DNA from: Wolbachia endosymbiont of Drosophila innubila
GTDB lineage: Bacteria > Pseudomonadota > Alphaproteobacteria > Rickettsiales > Anaplasmataceae
Assembly (NCBI RefSeq): GCF_021378375.1
Contig: NZ_CP076228.1
Location: 180,001 to 212,000, forward strand
Length of the DNA: 32,000 nucleotides
Direction: 5' to 3'
Of this stretch, positions 23,190 to 32,000 are shown piece after piece. Made by a program: the position numbers and the translations under genes. Every line of letters starts with the position of its first letter. Position 1 is the first letter of the stretch. The notes under the pieces were generated by a model. It saw nothing but the letters and a program-made list of their open reading frames with translations. It ran no database searches and had not been told where the DNA came from.

Positions 23190-24572
23190 TTAGCTATAGC
23201 CAGTAACCACTCTATTTCTACCACTGTTTTTTGCTTTATATAAATATTTGTCGGCACGTACTATAAATTCTTTAATATTGTCAAGGTCAGATTCTTGCAT
23301 TTCTGCAATTCCAATGCTCACAGTTACATCGTGGGTTGTATTTTTATCCGCAAGTATAAAAGGTTTTTTAGCAATAATTTTTCGTATTCTCTCCGCAATA
23401 GTATACGCATCTGATACATTGGTATCTGGCATTACAACAACAAACTCCTCACCACCAAACCTAGCTAGTAAATCTGTCACTCTGATATTTTCAGAAATTC
23501 TTTTCTGTATTTGCTTTAAAAGTTCATCTCCAGCACTATGCCCAAAACTGTCATTCACTATCTTAAAATAGTCTATATCAAGTATCATAAGAGACAACCT
23601 TCTATCCTTTTCCACAGAGTCCTTAACAATGTTTTTTAAGTGTGCATCAAAATATCTTCTATTATAACAGTTAGTTAATGGGTCCTTTATAGACATTTCC
23701 GCATTATTAAATAAATTCATTCTCAAGGCATCTTGATATCTTTTGCGTTTTACTTGCGAATTAACCCTTGCTATTAGCTCACCCTCATCCAAAGGTACTG
23801 TTAAATAATCATTAGCACCTACATCAAGTGCTTTTACTAAATTGTTTTTATCATAATCCTCAGAAAGAATCAGAATTGGTGTATAACGTGTTTCCACCTT
23901 ACTACGAAACTCAGAACACAAACGCAAGCCGTCAGTTTTTGAAAATTGCATATCAGAAATGATCAGGTCGTAACCATTCTCAATACCAACCTTCAATGCT
24001 TCCATTGGATCACTCAGTATTTTAATTGACCTAAAGCGTTGCTTTAATATATTATATATCTGCTCTGCTTGATGAACATCCTCATCTATAACAAGTACGT
24101 TAGCATCAAAAATCTGATTGGAATAATCCATAATACTGTTTCCTGCGACTCCACCAATCTCAGCGTTAGTTTCTCCTCTCAAACGCAATTCATCGATAAT
24201 CATCTTTAAGCGTGTGAGAGACTTAATTCGTGAAGATAAAGCAGTTTCGTTTATTGGTTTAGTCAGAAAATCATCCGCGCCAGCATTAATACCTTGCACT
24301 CTATCATGAGTATCATGCAGCGCAGTTACCATAATTATTGGAATATGGGTTGTCAAGGGATCACTCTTTAGCTCCTTACAAACTTCAAAGCCATTCATCT
24401 TTGGCATCATGATATCAAGTAATATAATATCAGGCTGCTGCTTTGCTACTAAATCTATAGCTTCTTCACCATCATGAGCTACGATAACCGTATAGTACTC
24501 TGCTTTTAGTCGAGCTTCTAAAAGCTTGACATTAGATAGTACATCATCTACTACCAGAATCTTCGCTGTCAT
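23190..24572 (-). CDS. pleD: PleD-type diguanylate cyclase response regulator (REC-REC-GGDEF)
   Basis: REC1 ILVVDDVLSNVKLLEARL...ILLDIMMPKMNGFEVCKELK; REC2 VLVIDEDVHQAEQI...LIISDMQFSKTDGL; GGEEF site RVTDLLARFGGEEFVVVMPDT with RxxD I-site. Confidence 0.95.
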   Translation of the reverse strand: MTAKILVVDDVLSNVKLLEARLKAEYYTVIVAHDGEEAIDLVAKQQPDIILLDIMMPKMNGFEVCKELKSDPLTTHIPIIMVTALHDTHDRVQGINAGADDFLTKPINETALSSRIKSLTRLKMIIDELRLRGETNAEIGGVAGNSIMDYSNQIFDANVLVIDEDVHQAEQIYNILKQRFRSIKILSDPMEALKVGIENGYDLIISDMQFSKTDGLRLCSEFRSKVETRYTPILILSEDYDKNNLVKALDVGANDYLTVPLDEGELIARVNSQVKRKRYQDALRMNLFNNAEMSIKDPLTNCYNRRYFDAHLKNIVKDSVEKDRRLSLMILDIDYFKIVNDSFGHSAGDELLKQIQKRISENIRVTDLLARFGGEEFVVVMPDTNVSDAYTIAERIRKIIAKKPFILADKNTTHDVTVSIGIAEMQESDLDNIKEFIVRADKYLYKAKNSGRNRVVTGYS

Positions 24573-24855
24573 TATCTTTAGATGTATTATCTATATCGTA
24601 AGTAGGATAAAGCTTACCATTTTTACCAACTATGTAATTTACTTTCTCAGTATTACACTCTTTATATAAGTCTTCAATTCCGGCATCCTTCAATAACCTT
24701 CTGGCTTTTAACCTTACAATTGTAAAATACCTATATATAGTCTTAATAAAATCAATAAATACAGGTACCTTATTTTTATCAAGAACAATTATGCTCACTA
24801 AAGCTACAACTAAAATTTCTGAAAGACCTATATTGAACATTTTCCTATGAAGCAA
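24544..24855 (-). CDS. tatB: TatB-like twin-arginine translocase component (start probably 24840)
   Basis: MFNIGLSEILVVALVSIIVLDKNKVPVFIDFIKTIYRYFTIVRLKARRLLKDAGIEDLY resembles the TatB N-terminal TM + amphipathic helix; short charged tail. Confidence 0.65.
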   Translation of the reverse strand: MLHRKMFNIGLSEILVVALVSIIVLDKNKVPVFIDFIKTIYRYFTIVRLKARRLLKDAGIEDLYKECNTEKVNYIVGKNGKLYPTYDIDNTSKDNDSEDSGSR

Positions 24856-27800
24856 GTACTTTAATCCTTCTGATTATAAATATTAATTTGCTTAAATCAA
24901 GTTTAGAAGCAACCATCTCATCTAAAAAACTATTATAACGTTCTATGTAGTCCTTATCATTACAAGCCCAGGTTTGAACCTTATCTTCAGGGTTATCAGT
25001 AGCTTTTATGACTTTAACAGCTAGCTTGTGATGGTAATTGCTTAAATCGTCCAATAAATCATTAACTAAGCTGCGATCCCAATAAGAAGAGCGGCTTTTC
25101 ATCTTGATGGCAATTGTCCTAATCAGATCGAATCTTAACAGCGACTTTAACTCAAAGTATATTTTACCAGCATCAAGAATGGACAAAGATGTCTGTTCAG
25201 CAACAGATATAATATCCAGTGCATAAGTAAGAACGCACAGGTCAGCAATTTTTTTTGCTAGATCTTTATCTATATTAAGTTCCACTAAAGAAGTGTATCC
25301 ATGATTATAGACCTTTAACTGGTGTTCATCTAAAACATCATGGCCTAAAGTTTCAATTGCATCTTTAAATTTTGTAACATCATCCAATTCTACAAAGCTA
25401 AGATTTTTTACTAACCAAAACGATACTCTGCCAATAAATTTCTGCACATTTCTCACTATTTGCAAGTATGAGTTAATATCAATTTTTCCATCCAATTCAT
25501 CAATTTTCTGCCACAGGTTATTTAAATCATATAGGTGGTTAACAACGATATATATGTTAACTGCTTCGTGTACCTTAATTCCAGTATTCTCAACTAAATT
25601 ATTAATAAATATACAGCCCATCCTATTTACAACATCATTTGCAATGCAAGTGGAGATAATTTCTCTACGAAGTTGGTGTTTTAATATGAAATCCTTAAAC
25701 TCTGTTAACATCTTTTTAGGAAAATAACCTAGCAAGTAGTCATTAGATATAAGATCTTTTTCAGGCAGATCGGAATGTATAATTTTATTTTTTATTGCTG
25801 TTCTAGCATAAGATATTAGAATAGAAAGCTGAGGAGAACTGAAACCTTCTGCACCGGTTAACATCCTTGCTACCTCTTCGTCAGCTGGAAGAAATTCTAC
25901 GCTTCGGTTTAACAGCCCAGATTTTTCTAAACTGAGCAGTAACCTGTGGTCCTGCTCCAATCTCTCTTTAGCTTGCAAACACTCAAGAAGTAATGCTTTT
26001 GTTTCAATTCTGTTGTGGTTCTCAAGCACCTTGGATGCAACTTCATCCACCATACTTGCCAGTATTTCATTCCTTTTTTCTAAAGAAATACCCCCTGCTT
26101 TCATAGCTGAAACAAATGCAATCTTAATGTTAACTTCAAGGTCCGAACATATCACTCCGGCTGAATTATCAACAAAATCTGCATTGATATATCCACCTCT
26201 TTCAGCATATTCTATTCTCCCAAGCTGTGTACAACCAAGATTTCCACCCTCTATAAACATAGAAGCTCTAATATCCTTACCGTTTACTCTTAATTCATCG
26301 TTTGCTTTGTCACCGACCATGCTATGACTTTCACTCTTTGCCTTAACAAACGTGCCGATTCCTCCGTTCCATATGAAGTCCACTTCTGCTTTGAGTAGAT
26401 ATCTAATCAAATCACTTGGAGATAACGTATCTTCCGTTATGTCAAAGCATTTTTTCATTTCTTGAGAAAGATTTACTTGCTTGCTGCTACGCTCAAATAC
26501 CCCGCCACCCTGAGAGATCAAATCTTTGTTATAATCCATCCAGGTTGAAAATGGTAACTTAAAGAGACGTTTACGTTCTGTGAAACTCTTTTCTGCATCA
26601 GGATTTGGATCAATAAAAATATGCATATGGTTAAATGCGCCGATTAAATGTATATTTTTTGAAAGCAGCATACCGTTTCCAAATAGATCGCCAGCCATAT
26701 CCCCAATTCCAATAACAGTTGCATCCTGGTAAATATCCTTATTCATTTTCCAAAAATGCCTCTGTGCTGCAATCCATGCACCTCTTGCTGTAATACCCAT
26801 TTTCTTATGGTCGTAACCTACTGATCCACCAGATGCAAATGCATCGCCAAGCCAAAAGTTATATTCAGAGGCTATCTGGTTGGCATAATCAGAAAATGAA
26901 GCAGTTCCTTTATCAGCAGCAACCACGAGATATGGATCATCTTCATCATACCTAATCACATTCTCTGGTGGAATTATTTTACCATCAACCACGTTATCAG
27001 TAATATCAAGCATTCCTCTGATAAAACTCTTATAGCACTCAACACTTTTCTCTCTTAAAATATTCTTATCTTTATAAGCTTGCTTTATTACAAACCCACC
27101 CTTTGCACCAACAGGGACAATAACCGCATTTTTTGTCATCTGAGCTTTCATGAGCCCCAAAACTTCAGTGCGAAAATCTTCCGTCCTATCCGACCACCTT
27201 AAGCCACCACGGGCTAATTTCCCTCCTCTTAGATGTATTCCCTCAAAAAGGTTTGAATAAATATACAATTCACGATACGGACGAGGATCAGGTAAACCAT
27301 TTATTTTACTTGAGTCAAATTTTGTAGATAAATATGGTTTATCGTCTTGATAATAACTGGTCCTTAAAATAGCCATTATCAAGTTAAATATCGAGCGCAA
27401 AACGTAATCATGTGAAACATTGCTGATCTCTTTTAGAAGTTCCTCAATTTTTTCTCTGACAATGTCCGTAGTTTCTGCTCTATCAATGTCTATGTTAGGA
27501 TCAAATCTTGCATGAAATAGTTGTATCAAATACTTTACTATTTTTGGATGCTCTGAGACTACCTTTTGGATATATTCTGGATTGTAGTTAAATGACGTCT
27601 GCTTTAGGTAAGCACTTAACGCTCTAACCAGAAGCACTTCTTTCCACTTGAGCCCAGCAATAATGATCAAACTATTGAAATAGTCATTTTTAATTTCCTT
27701 GCTAAACACTTTCGCAAGTGTTATTTCAAATTGCTCTTTTAGAGTAATGTTGTCTATTAATTCATCGACTCTTGACAACACAAAATGGTGTATCCATATT

Positions 27801-29581
27801 CCACCGTTAATTTCTATGTAATAGCCATTATGAGATAGAATTTTAGCTCCCAAATTCTTAGTGATCCTTAATATCTTCGATAATTCAAGGCCTCCATTGT
27901 TTGGAGTATAAACCTTTAATTGATAGTTAAGATTATCACGAGTAAGTCTTAAATCGACCTCGCTAACTCCTTTCTTCCTCACTATCTCCAATTTTTTCAT
28001 ATCGTAATATGCGTCATGAGGTTCGAAACTCTCTTGATAGCTTATTGGAAATGCCTTGCAATAACGGATGAATATATCCTCAACAGTGCTAAAAGTATTG
28101 TATAAATTGTCTATAAAACGATCTTCCCACTTTTCTGTAATGTTTCTTAATTTGTTTTCGATACGCAAAACTTCATCATCAAGAACGCTAGCATTTTTGG
28201 TCTTTAGCACTACATGCAATTTCATCAAATCATATTCATTGATAATGTGATTGTTATAAATATCTGAACTTCCTGCACTTGTCTCATCCTTCAATATGTC
28301 ACGTATCTTGAACATTAGCCTAGCGCTAGCATAACGCATCGGTATCAGCACTATGCAACTAATAAAATCCCCGACTCTTCTTAAAAATAATCTGACCCTT
28401 GGCCTAATCGCAAGAGACATGATCGAAATGCAAATTTTAAATAATTCGTCTTCATTTGATTGGAATAATTCATCACAAGAGAACACTTGCAAAATAGAAA
28501 TCAAAGCTTTGTTATTGTGGCCCCCGGTTACAAACCCTGCATTTTTTTCTATAACTTTAACTTTATCTCTTATTATTGGAATAGTTCTAATATCTTGGAC
28601 CTCCGCTACAGAAGTAAATAGCCCGAAAAAACGCCGTTCCTTTACCACATTACCCTGGTCATCAAATTCTTTTACTCCTATACAATTCATGTATGTACGC
28701 CGATGGACTATTGAGATTAGATCTGGTCTCAATATGTATAGGGAATCAAGGTTTGCAGAAGGAATCAACGTACTTTGACCTACTCTCATCAGGCCAAGGT
28801 CCTTTTTGCTGTCACAGACGAGTTTTTCATCTTTACCAGCAATATATTCTTGATAACCTAGAAATACGAAGTTATTATTCTTTAACCAAACTAGAAAATC
28901 TTTTTGCTCTTGATTTCGGTCTGGTGTCATTCCAGTGCGTGACACTGGAATCCACGTGTCCTTTTCCTGGATCCCAGCTGGGATGACAGAAAGACTTGCC
29001 TCATCAAGTTTCTTGAGCATTAAGTGCCAATCTTTCACAACGCAATTAACCGCTTTCAGCGTTTTCTGTAGAGATTCTTTTAATGTATCAACAAAGCTGT
29101 CACTTATACCTTTGATAATTACATATATGACTGACTCTTTGACTCCATTGCTTTCTTCCAAAGAGTAAATCTCATCTATTAGGCCATCTTTTCTTTTAAT
29201 GTTAATTATGCTATTGCTGTAATAGCATATGGTTAAATCGTGCGACTTAATAGTTGCAATAACGGAGTCAACCAAAAATGGCATATCATCGTTTGTTATC
29301 TTAATCGTGGTAAAATCGCCTTCTATTCCTGGTATATCATCTATATTGCTTACTACTAACTTACTTTCATCTTTCTCTTTTTGAGAAACAAAATTGTAAG
29401 CATCGTTTACAATATATAGCAAAAACTTATCATTGGCTTTTAGGTCGCTTTTATAAACAAAACTATAAAAATACTTAATAAATTTTTTAATTTTTTCTTT
29501 ATCTTGCTGATTTTCTTGATCAGCTAACTTAAATAAAGACTCAGTGTCAACATTATGATCTATACACATTTTTTTTAACAA
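24845..29581 (-). CDS. NAD-dependent glutamate dehydrogenase, large (GDH2-type, 1578 aa)
   Basis: MPFLVDSVIATIK, RPYRELYIYSNLFEGIHLRGGKLARGGLRWSDRTEDFRTEVLGLMKAQMTKNAVIVPVGAKGGFV, PYLVVAADKGTASFSDYANQIA, GIGDMAGDLFGNGMLLSKNIHLIGAFNHMHIFIDP. Confidence 0.95.
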   Translation of the reverse strand: MLKKMCIDHNVDTESLFKLADQENQQDKEKIKKFIKYFYSFVYKSDLKANDKFLLYIVNDAYNFVSQKEKDESKLVVSNIDDIPGIEGDFTTIKITNDDMPFLVDSVIATIKSHDLTICYYSNSIINIKRKDGLIDEIYSLEESNGVKESVIYVIIKGISDSFVDTLKESLQKTLKAVNCVVKDWHLMLKKLDEASLSVIPAGIQEKDTWIPVSRTGMTPDRNQEQKDFLVWLKNNNFVFLGYQEYIAGKDEKLVCDSKKDLGLMRVGQSTLIPSANLDSLYILRPDLISIVHRRTYMNCIGVKEFDDQGNVVKERRFFGLFTSVAEVQDIRTIPIIRDKVKVIEKNAGFVTGGHNNKALISILQVFSCDELFQSNEDELFKICISIMSLAIRPRVRLFLRRVGDFISCIVLIPMRYASARLMFKIRDILKDETSAGSSDIYNNHIINEYDLMKLHVVLKTKNASVLDDEVLRIENKLRNITEKWEDRFIDNLYNTFSTVEDIFIRYCKAFPISYQESFEPHDAYYDMKKLEIVRKKGVSEVDLRLTRDNLNYQLKVYTPNNGGLELSKILRITKNLGAKILSHNGYYIEINGGIWIHHFVLSRVDELIDNITLKEQFEITLAKVFSKEIKNDYFNSLIIIAGLKWKEVLLVRALSAYLKQTSFNYNPEYIQKVVSEHPKIVKYLIQLFHARFDPNIDIDRAETTDIVREKIEELLKEISNVSHDYVLRSIFNLIMAILRTSYYQDDKPYLSTKFDSSKINGLPDPRPYRELYIYSNLFEGIHLRGGKLARGGLRWSDRTEDFRTEVLGLMKAQMTKNAVIVPVGAKGGFVIKQAYKDKNILREKSVECYKSFIRGMLDITDNVVDGKIIPPENVIRYDEDDPYLVVAADKGTASFSDYANQIASEYNFWLGDAFASGGSVGYDHKKMGITARGAWIAAQRHFWKMNKDIYQDATVIGIGDMAGDLFGNGMLLSKNIHLIGAFNHMHIFIDPNPDAEKSFTERKRLFKLPFSTWMDYNKDLISQGGGVFERSSKQVNLSQEMKKCFDITEDTLSPSDLIRYLLKAEVDFIWNGGIGTFVKAKSESHSMVGDKANDELRVNGKDIRASMFIEGGNLGCTQLGRIEYAERGGYINADFVDNSAGVICSDLEVNIKIAFVSAMKAGGISLEKRNEILASMVDEVASKVLENHNRIETKALLLECLQAKERLEQDHRLLLSLEKSGLLNRSVEFLPADEEVARMLTGAEGFSSPQLSILISYARTAIKNKIIHSDLPEKDLISNDYLLGYFPKKMLTEFKDFILKHQLRREIISTCIANDVVNRMGCIFINNLVENTGIKVHEAVNIYIVVNHLYDLNNLWQKIDELDGKIDINSYLQIVRNVQKFIGRVSFWLVKNLSFVELDDVTKFKDAIETLGHDVLDEHQLKVYNHGYTSLVELNIDKDLAKKIADLCVLTYALDIISVAEQTSLSILDAGKIYFELKSLLRFDLIRTIAIKMKSRSSYWDRSLVNDLLDDLSNYHHKLAVKVIKATDNPEDKVQTWACNDKDYIERYNSFLDEMVASKLDLSKLIFIIRRIKVLAS
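28926..28987. repeat. 62-bp palindromic dispersed repeat element inside the NAD-GDH coding sequence
   Basis: gtcattccagtgcgtgacactggaatccacgtgtccttttcctggatcccagctgggatgac. Terminal inverted repeats GTCATTCCAG/CTGGGATGAC, same family as intergenic copies at about 19853 and 22935. Confidence 0.88.
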
Positions 29582-29596
29582 AAATACACAGTGAAC

Positions 29597-32000
29597 TTAA
29601 CCCTTTTTAACTAAGATTTCATTATCAAGAGCGTACACTATTAGCTCATCATTTTCTACTACTTCCCCTGATAAAACTAATTTAGCTAAATTATTTTGAA
29701 TACACTCTTGTATAACCCTTTTTAAGGGCCTTGCTCCATATTCAGGGTCATAGCCAGTTTGTGCTATTAGTTCTTTAGCTTCCTGCAACAAACTTATACT
29801 CAGTTTACGCTTAGCAAGTGTTTTTTGTAAATAAGAAAATTGAACATCTATAATTTTATAGATGTCATCTCTGGTTAAACTGTGGAATATAATAATTTCA
29901 TCCAGCCTGTTTAAAAATTCTGGACGAAATGCTGATTTAACTATTTGCATCACTTCATTTCTTACAGAATCAACATTCCCTTTTAGCATTATCTCAGCGC
30001 CAAGGTTAGAAGTTAAAATCAGTATGGTGTTGCGAAAATCGATTAATTTACCATGACTATCAGTGAGTCTACCCTCATCCAAGATTTGCAGCAATAGATT
30101 AAATATATCTGGATTTGCTTTCTCGATTTCATCAAACAGAATAACCTGATATGGCCTTCTTCTTACCGCTTCAGTTAATCTGCCACCTTGTTCATAGCCA
30201 ACATACCCTGGAGGCGCGCCAATTAACTTTGAAACAGAATGTTTTTCCATATATTCTGACATATCAAAACGCAAAAGCGCTGATTGATCGTCAAACAGAA
30301 ATTCAGCTAAGGCTTTCGCAAGTTCGGTTTTACCAACTCCAGTTGGACCTAAAAATAAAAATGAACCAAAAGGCTTATTGGTATCTTGCACCCCAGAGCG
30401 GGAGCGCCTAACTGCATTACTTATCGCTTCTATTGCATCTTTCTGCCCTATTACTCTTCTTCCTATTTCATTCTCCATGTTAAGGAGTTTTTCCTTTTCA
30501 CTATGCATCATATTATCAACTGGAATTCCCGTCCACTTTGAAACAATGTTTGCAATATCATCTCCAGTCACTTCTTTCTTTAAGAAACTATCAGTAACCT
30601 TTTCCTGATTTTTTAATTCATTCTCAAGCTGAGGGATCACACCATACATCAGCTCTCCTGCCCTTCCCAAATTCCCACTACGCTGAACTAATTCCAACTC
30701 TTTTCTAGCGTTATCTAATTTTTCGGCTGTTTCTTGTATTCTAGCTATTTTATTCTTTTCCATCTGCCATTTGCTATTCAAGTCAGCAAATTTACTGTTT
30801 AGATTTTCGATCTCTTCATTTATCTTTTTTAAACGCTGTTTAGAATTTTCATCACTTTCTTTTTTTAGAGCCTCTGCTTCAATCTTTAGCTGTATAACCT
30901 TTCTCTCAAGTTCATCAATAACTTCAGGCTTGCTATCCATTTCAATTCTCACCCTACTTGCTGCTTCATCAATCAAATCAATTGCTTTATCAGGTAAAAA
31001 CCTATCTGTTATATATCTATTGGATAACGTTGCAGCAGCAATTATTGCACCGTCTGTAATTCTTATACCATGATGCACCTCATATCTTTCCTTCAAACCC
31101 CTGAGTATTGAAATGGTATCAGTTTCAGTTGGTTGAGAGATAAACACAGGCTGAAAACGCCTTGCAAGTGCAGGATCTTTTTCTATATGCTGACGATATT
31201 CATCTAAAGTTGTGGCTCCTATACAGCGAATTTCTCCACGCGCAAGAGCAGGCTTCAGCAGATTCGAGGCATCCATTGCACCACTTGTTGCTCCTGCTCC
31301 AACTAAAGTATGAAGCTCATCTATAAACAAGATAACTTTTCCCTCCGCTCTCGAAAGCTCATTAATAACTGCTTTTAACCTTTCTTCAAATTCTCCTCTA
31401 AACTTAGTGCCAGCAATTAGTTCTCCAAGATCCAAAGCTAAGACCTTTGCATCATGCAAACCAAGTGGTACATCGTTTGCAACAATTCTATTTGCAAGCC
31501 CCTCAACTATTGCAGTTTTTCCAACACCAGGTTCACCGATCAGCACTGGATTATTTTTTGTCCGCCTCAGTGATACCTGCATAGTTCTTCTGATCTCTTC
31601 ATCACGACCAATTACAGGATCAAGTTTTCCTTGCATAGCAAGCTCTGTAACATCTTTTGTATATTTCTTTGCCGCATTTAATTTTTCCTCACTGTTTGGC
31701 GAGTCCGCACTGCTGCCCTTTCTCATTTCTGCAACAACTGAGTTCAGTTTTTGTGGAGTCACACCATTCTCTGCCAGAATTTTGCCTACAGTATCATCTT
31801 TTTGTGCAGTGAGGCCATGCAGTAAACGCTCGACAGCAACAAATGAATCTTTATTTCTCTTTGCAATACCAATTGAATCTTCAAAAACTTTTGCTATTTC
31901 TCTTGAAAGTTGAAGGCCACCACTTCCTGGACCTTCAATTACTGGCAACTTTTTTATTGCACTATCCACAGCATCGGAAATACTCTGCACATTTCCACCA
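29597..32000 (-). CDS. clpB: ATP-dependent disaggregase ClpB, N-terminus beyond the window (the GTG at 31990 is internal)
   Basis: [15 protein letters not shown], two AAA+ modules ([58 protein letters not shown]), coiled-coil middle domain. Frame stays open to the window end. Confidence 0.96.
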   Translation of the reverse strand, partial: GGNVQSISDAVDSAIKKLPVIEGPGSGGLQLSREIAKVFEDSIGIAKRNKDSFVAVERLLHGLTAQKDDTVGKILAENGVTPQKLNSVVAEMRKGSSADSPNSEEKLNAAKKYTKDVTELAMQGKLDPVIGRDEEIRRTMQVSLRRTKNNPVLIGEPGVGKTAIVEGLANRIVANDVPLGLHDAKVLALDLGELIAGTKFRGEFEERLKAVINELSRAEGKVILFIDELHTLVGAGATSGAMDASNLLKPALARGEIRCIGATTLDEYRQHIEKDPALARRFQPVFISQPTETDTISILRGLKERYEVHHGIRITDGAIIAAATLSNRYITDRFLPDKAIDLIDEAASRVRIEMDSKPEVIDELERKVIQLKIEAEALKKESDENSKQRLKKINEEIENLNSKFADLNSKWQMEKNKIARIQETAEKLDNARKELELVQRSGNLGRAGELMYGVIPQLENELKNQEKVTDSFLKKEVTGDDIANIVSKWTGIPVDNMMHSEKEKLLNMENEIGRRVIGQKDAIEAISNAVRRSRSGVQDTNKPFGSFLFLGPTGVGKTELAKALAEFLFDDQSALLRFDMSEYMEKHSVSKLIGAPPGYVGYEQGGRLTEAVRRRPYQVILFDEIEKANPDIFNLLLQILDEGRLTDSHGKLIDFRNTILILTSNLGAEIMLKGNVDSVRNEVMQIVKSAFRPEFLNRLDEIIIFHSLTRDDIYKIIDVQFSYLQKTLAKRKLSISLLQEAKELIAQTGYDPEYGARPLKRVIQECIQNNLAKLVLSGEVVENDELIVYALDNEILVKKG

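Noticed and set aside
26013-29168. Plus-strand ORFs of 60-141 aa opposite NAD-GDH (26013, 28068, 28353, 28693, 28935)
   Set aside because: Antisense shadows of a strongly coding minus-strand gene; no domain motifs. The 28935 ORF mostly reflects the opposite-strand reading of the palindromic repeat.
29862-31913. Plus-strand ORFs opposite clpB, including 31407..31913 (168 aa)
   Set aside because: Low-complexity Ser/Phe-rich translations typical of the complement of a coding strand; clpB is clearly the gene.
31988-31990. GTG at 31990 as the ClpB start
   Set aside because: The frame continues open to the window edge, and ClpB is expected to be some tens of residues longer at the N-terminus, so this is an internal codon.

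Overview
AT-rich window with the gene content and repeat signatures of a Wolbachia-type (Anaplasmataceae) endosymbiont chromosome. That assignment is from recall; no search was run. Most of it is housekeeping. In order: guaA (partial, -), nrdA (-), a TPR + SAM-methyltransferase protein (-), an unlinked 23S-5S rRNA pair (+), a small unknown ORF (-), rnpA and rpmH (-, both absent from the ORF track), pstA, atpD and atpC (+), an ankyrin-gene stub cut by a decayed IS3-like element, a class II aldolase (-), a P-loop kinase-like protein (+), tsaB and a DAACS symporter (-), nrdB (-), bamE (+), a TolA/TonB-C-like protein (-), a DUF1016/PDDEXK nuclease with a coupled mini-ORF (+), recO (+), then a compact minus-strand block clpB(partial)-NAD-GDH-tatB-like-pleD. 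No convincing new multi-gene defence or effector system is visible. The best second-look items are: (1) rnpA has no usable in-frame start, but an overlapping ATG frame leads into an A9 tract containing a canonical A_AAA_AAG -1 slippery heptamer that restores RnpA; (2) a 62-bp palindromic dispersed repeat is translated in frame inside the giant NAD-GDH gene; (3) a 326-bp MITE-like element with a perfect 9-bp target duplication is nested inside another dispersed repeat; (4) an IS end supplies the stop codon of a truncated ankyrin gene; (5) a DUF1016 nuclease overlaps a 46-aa ORF by one base.
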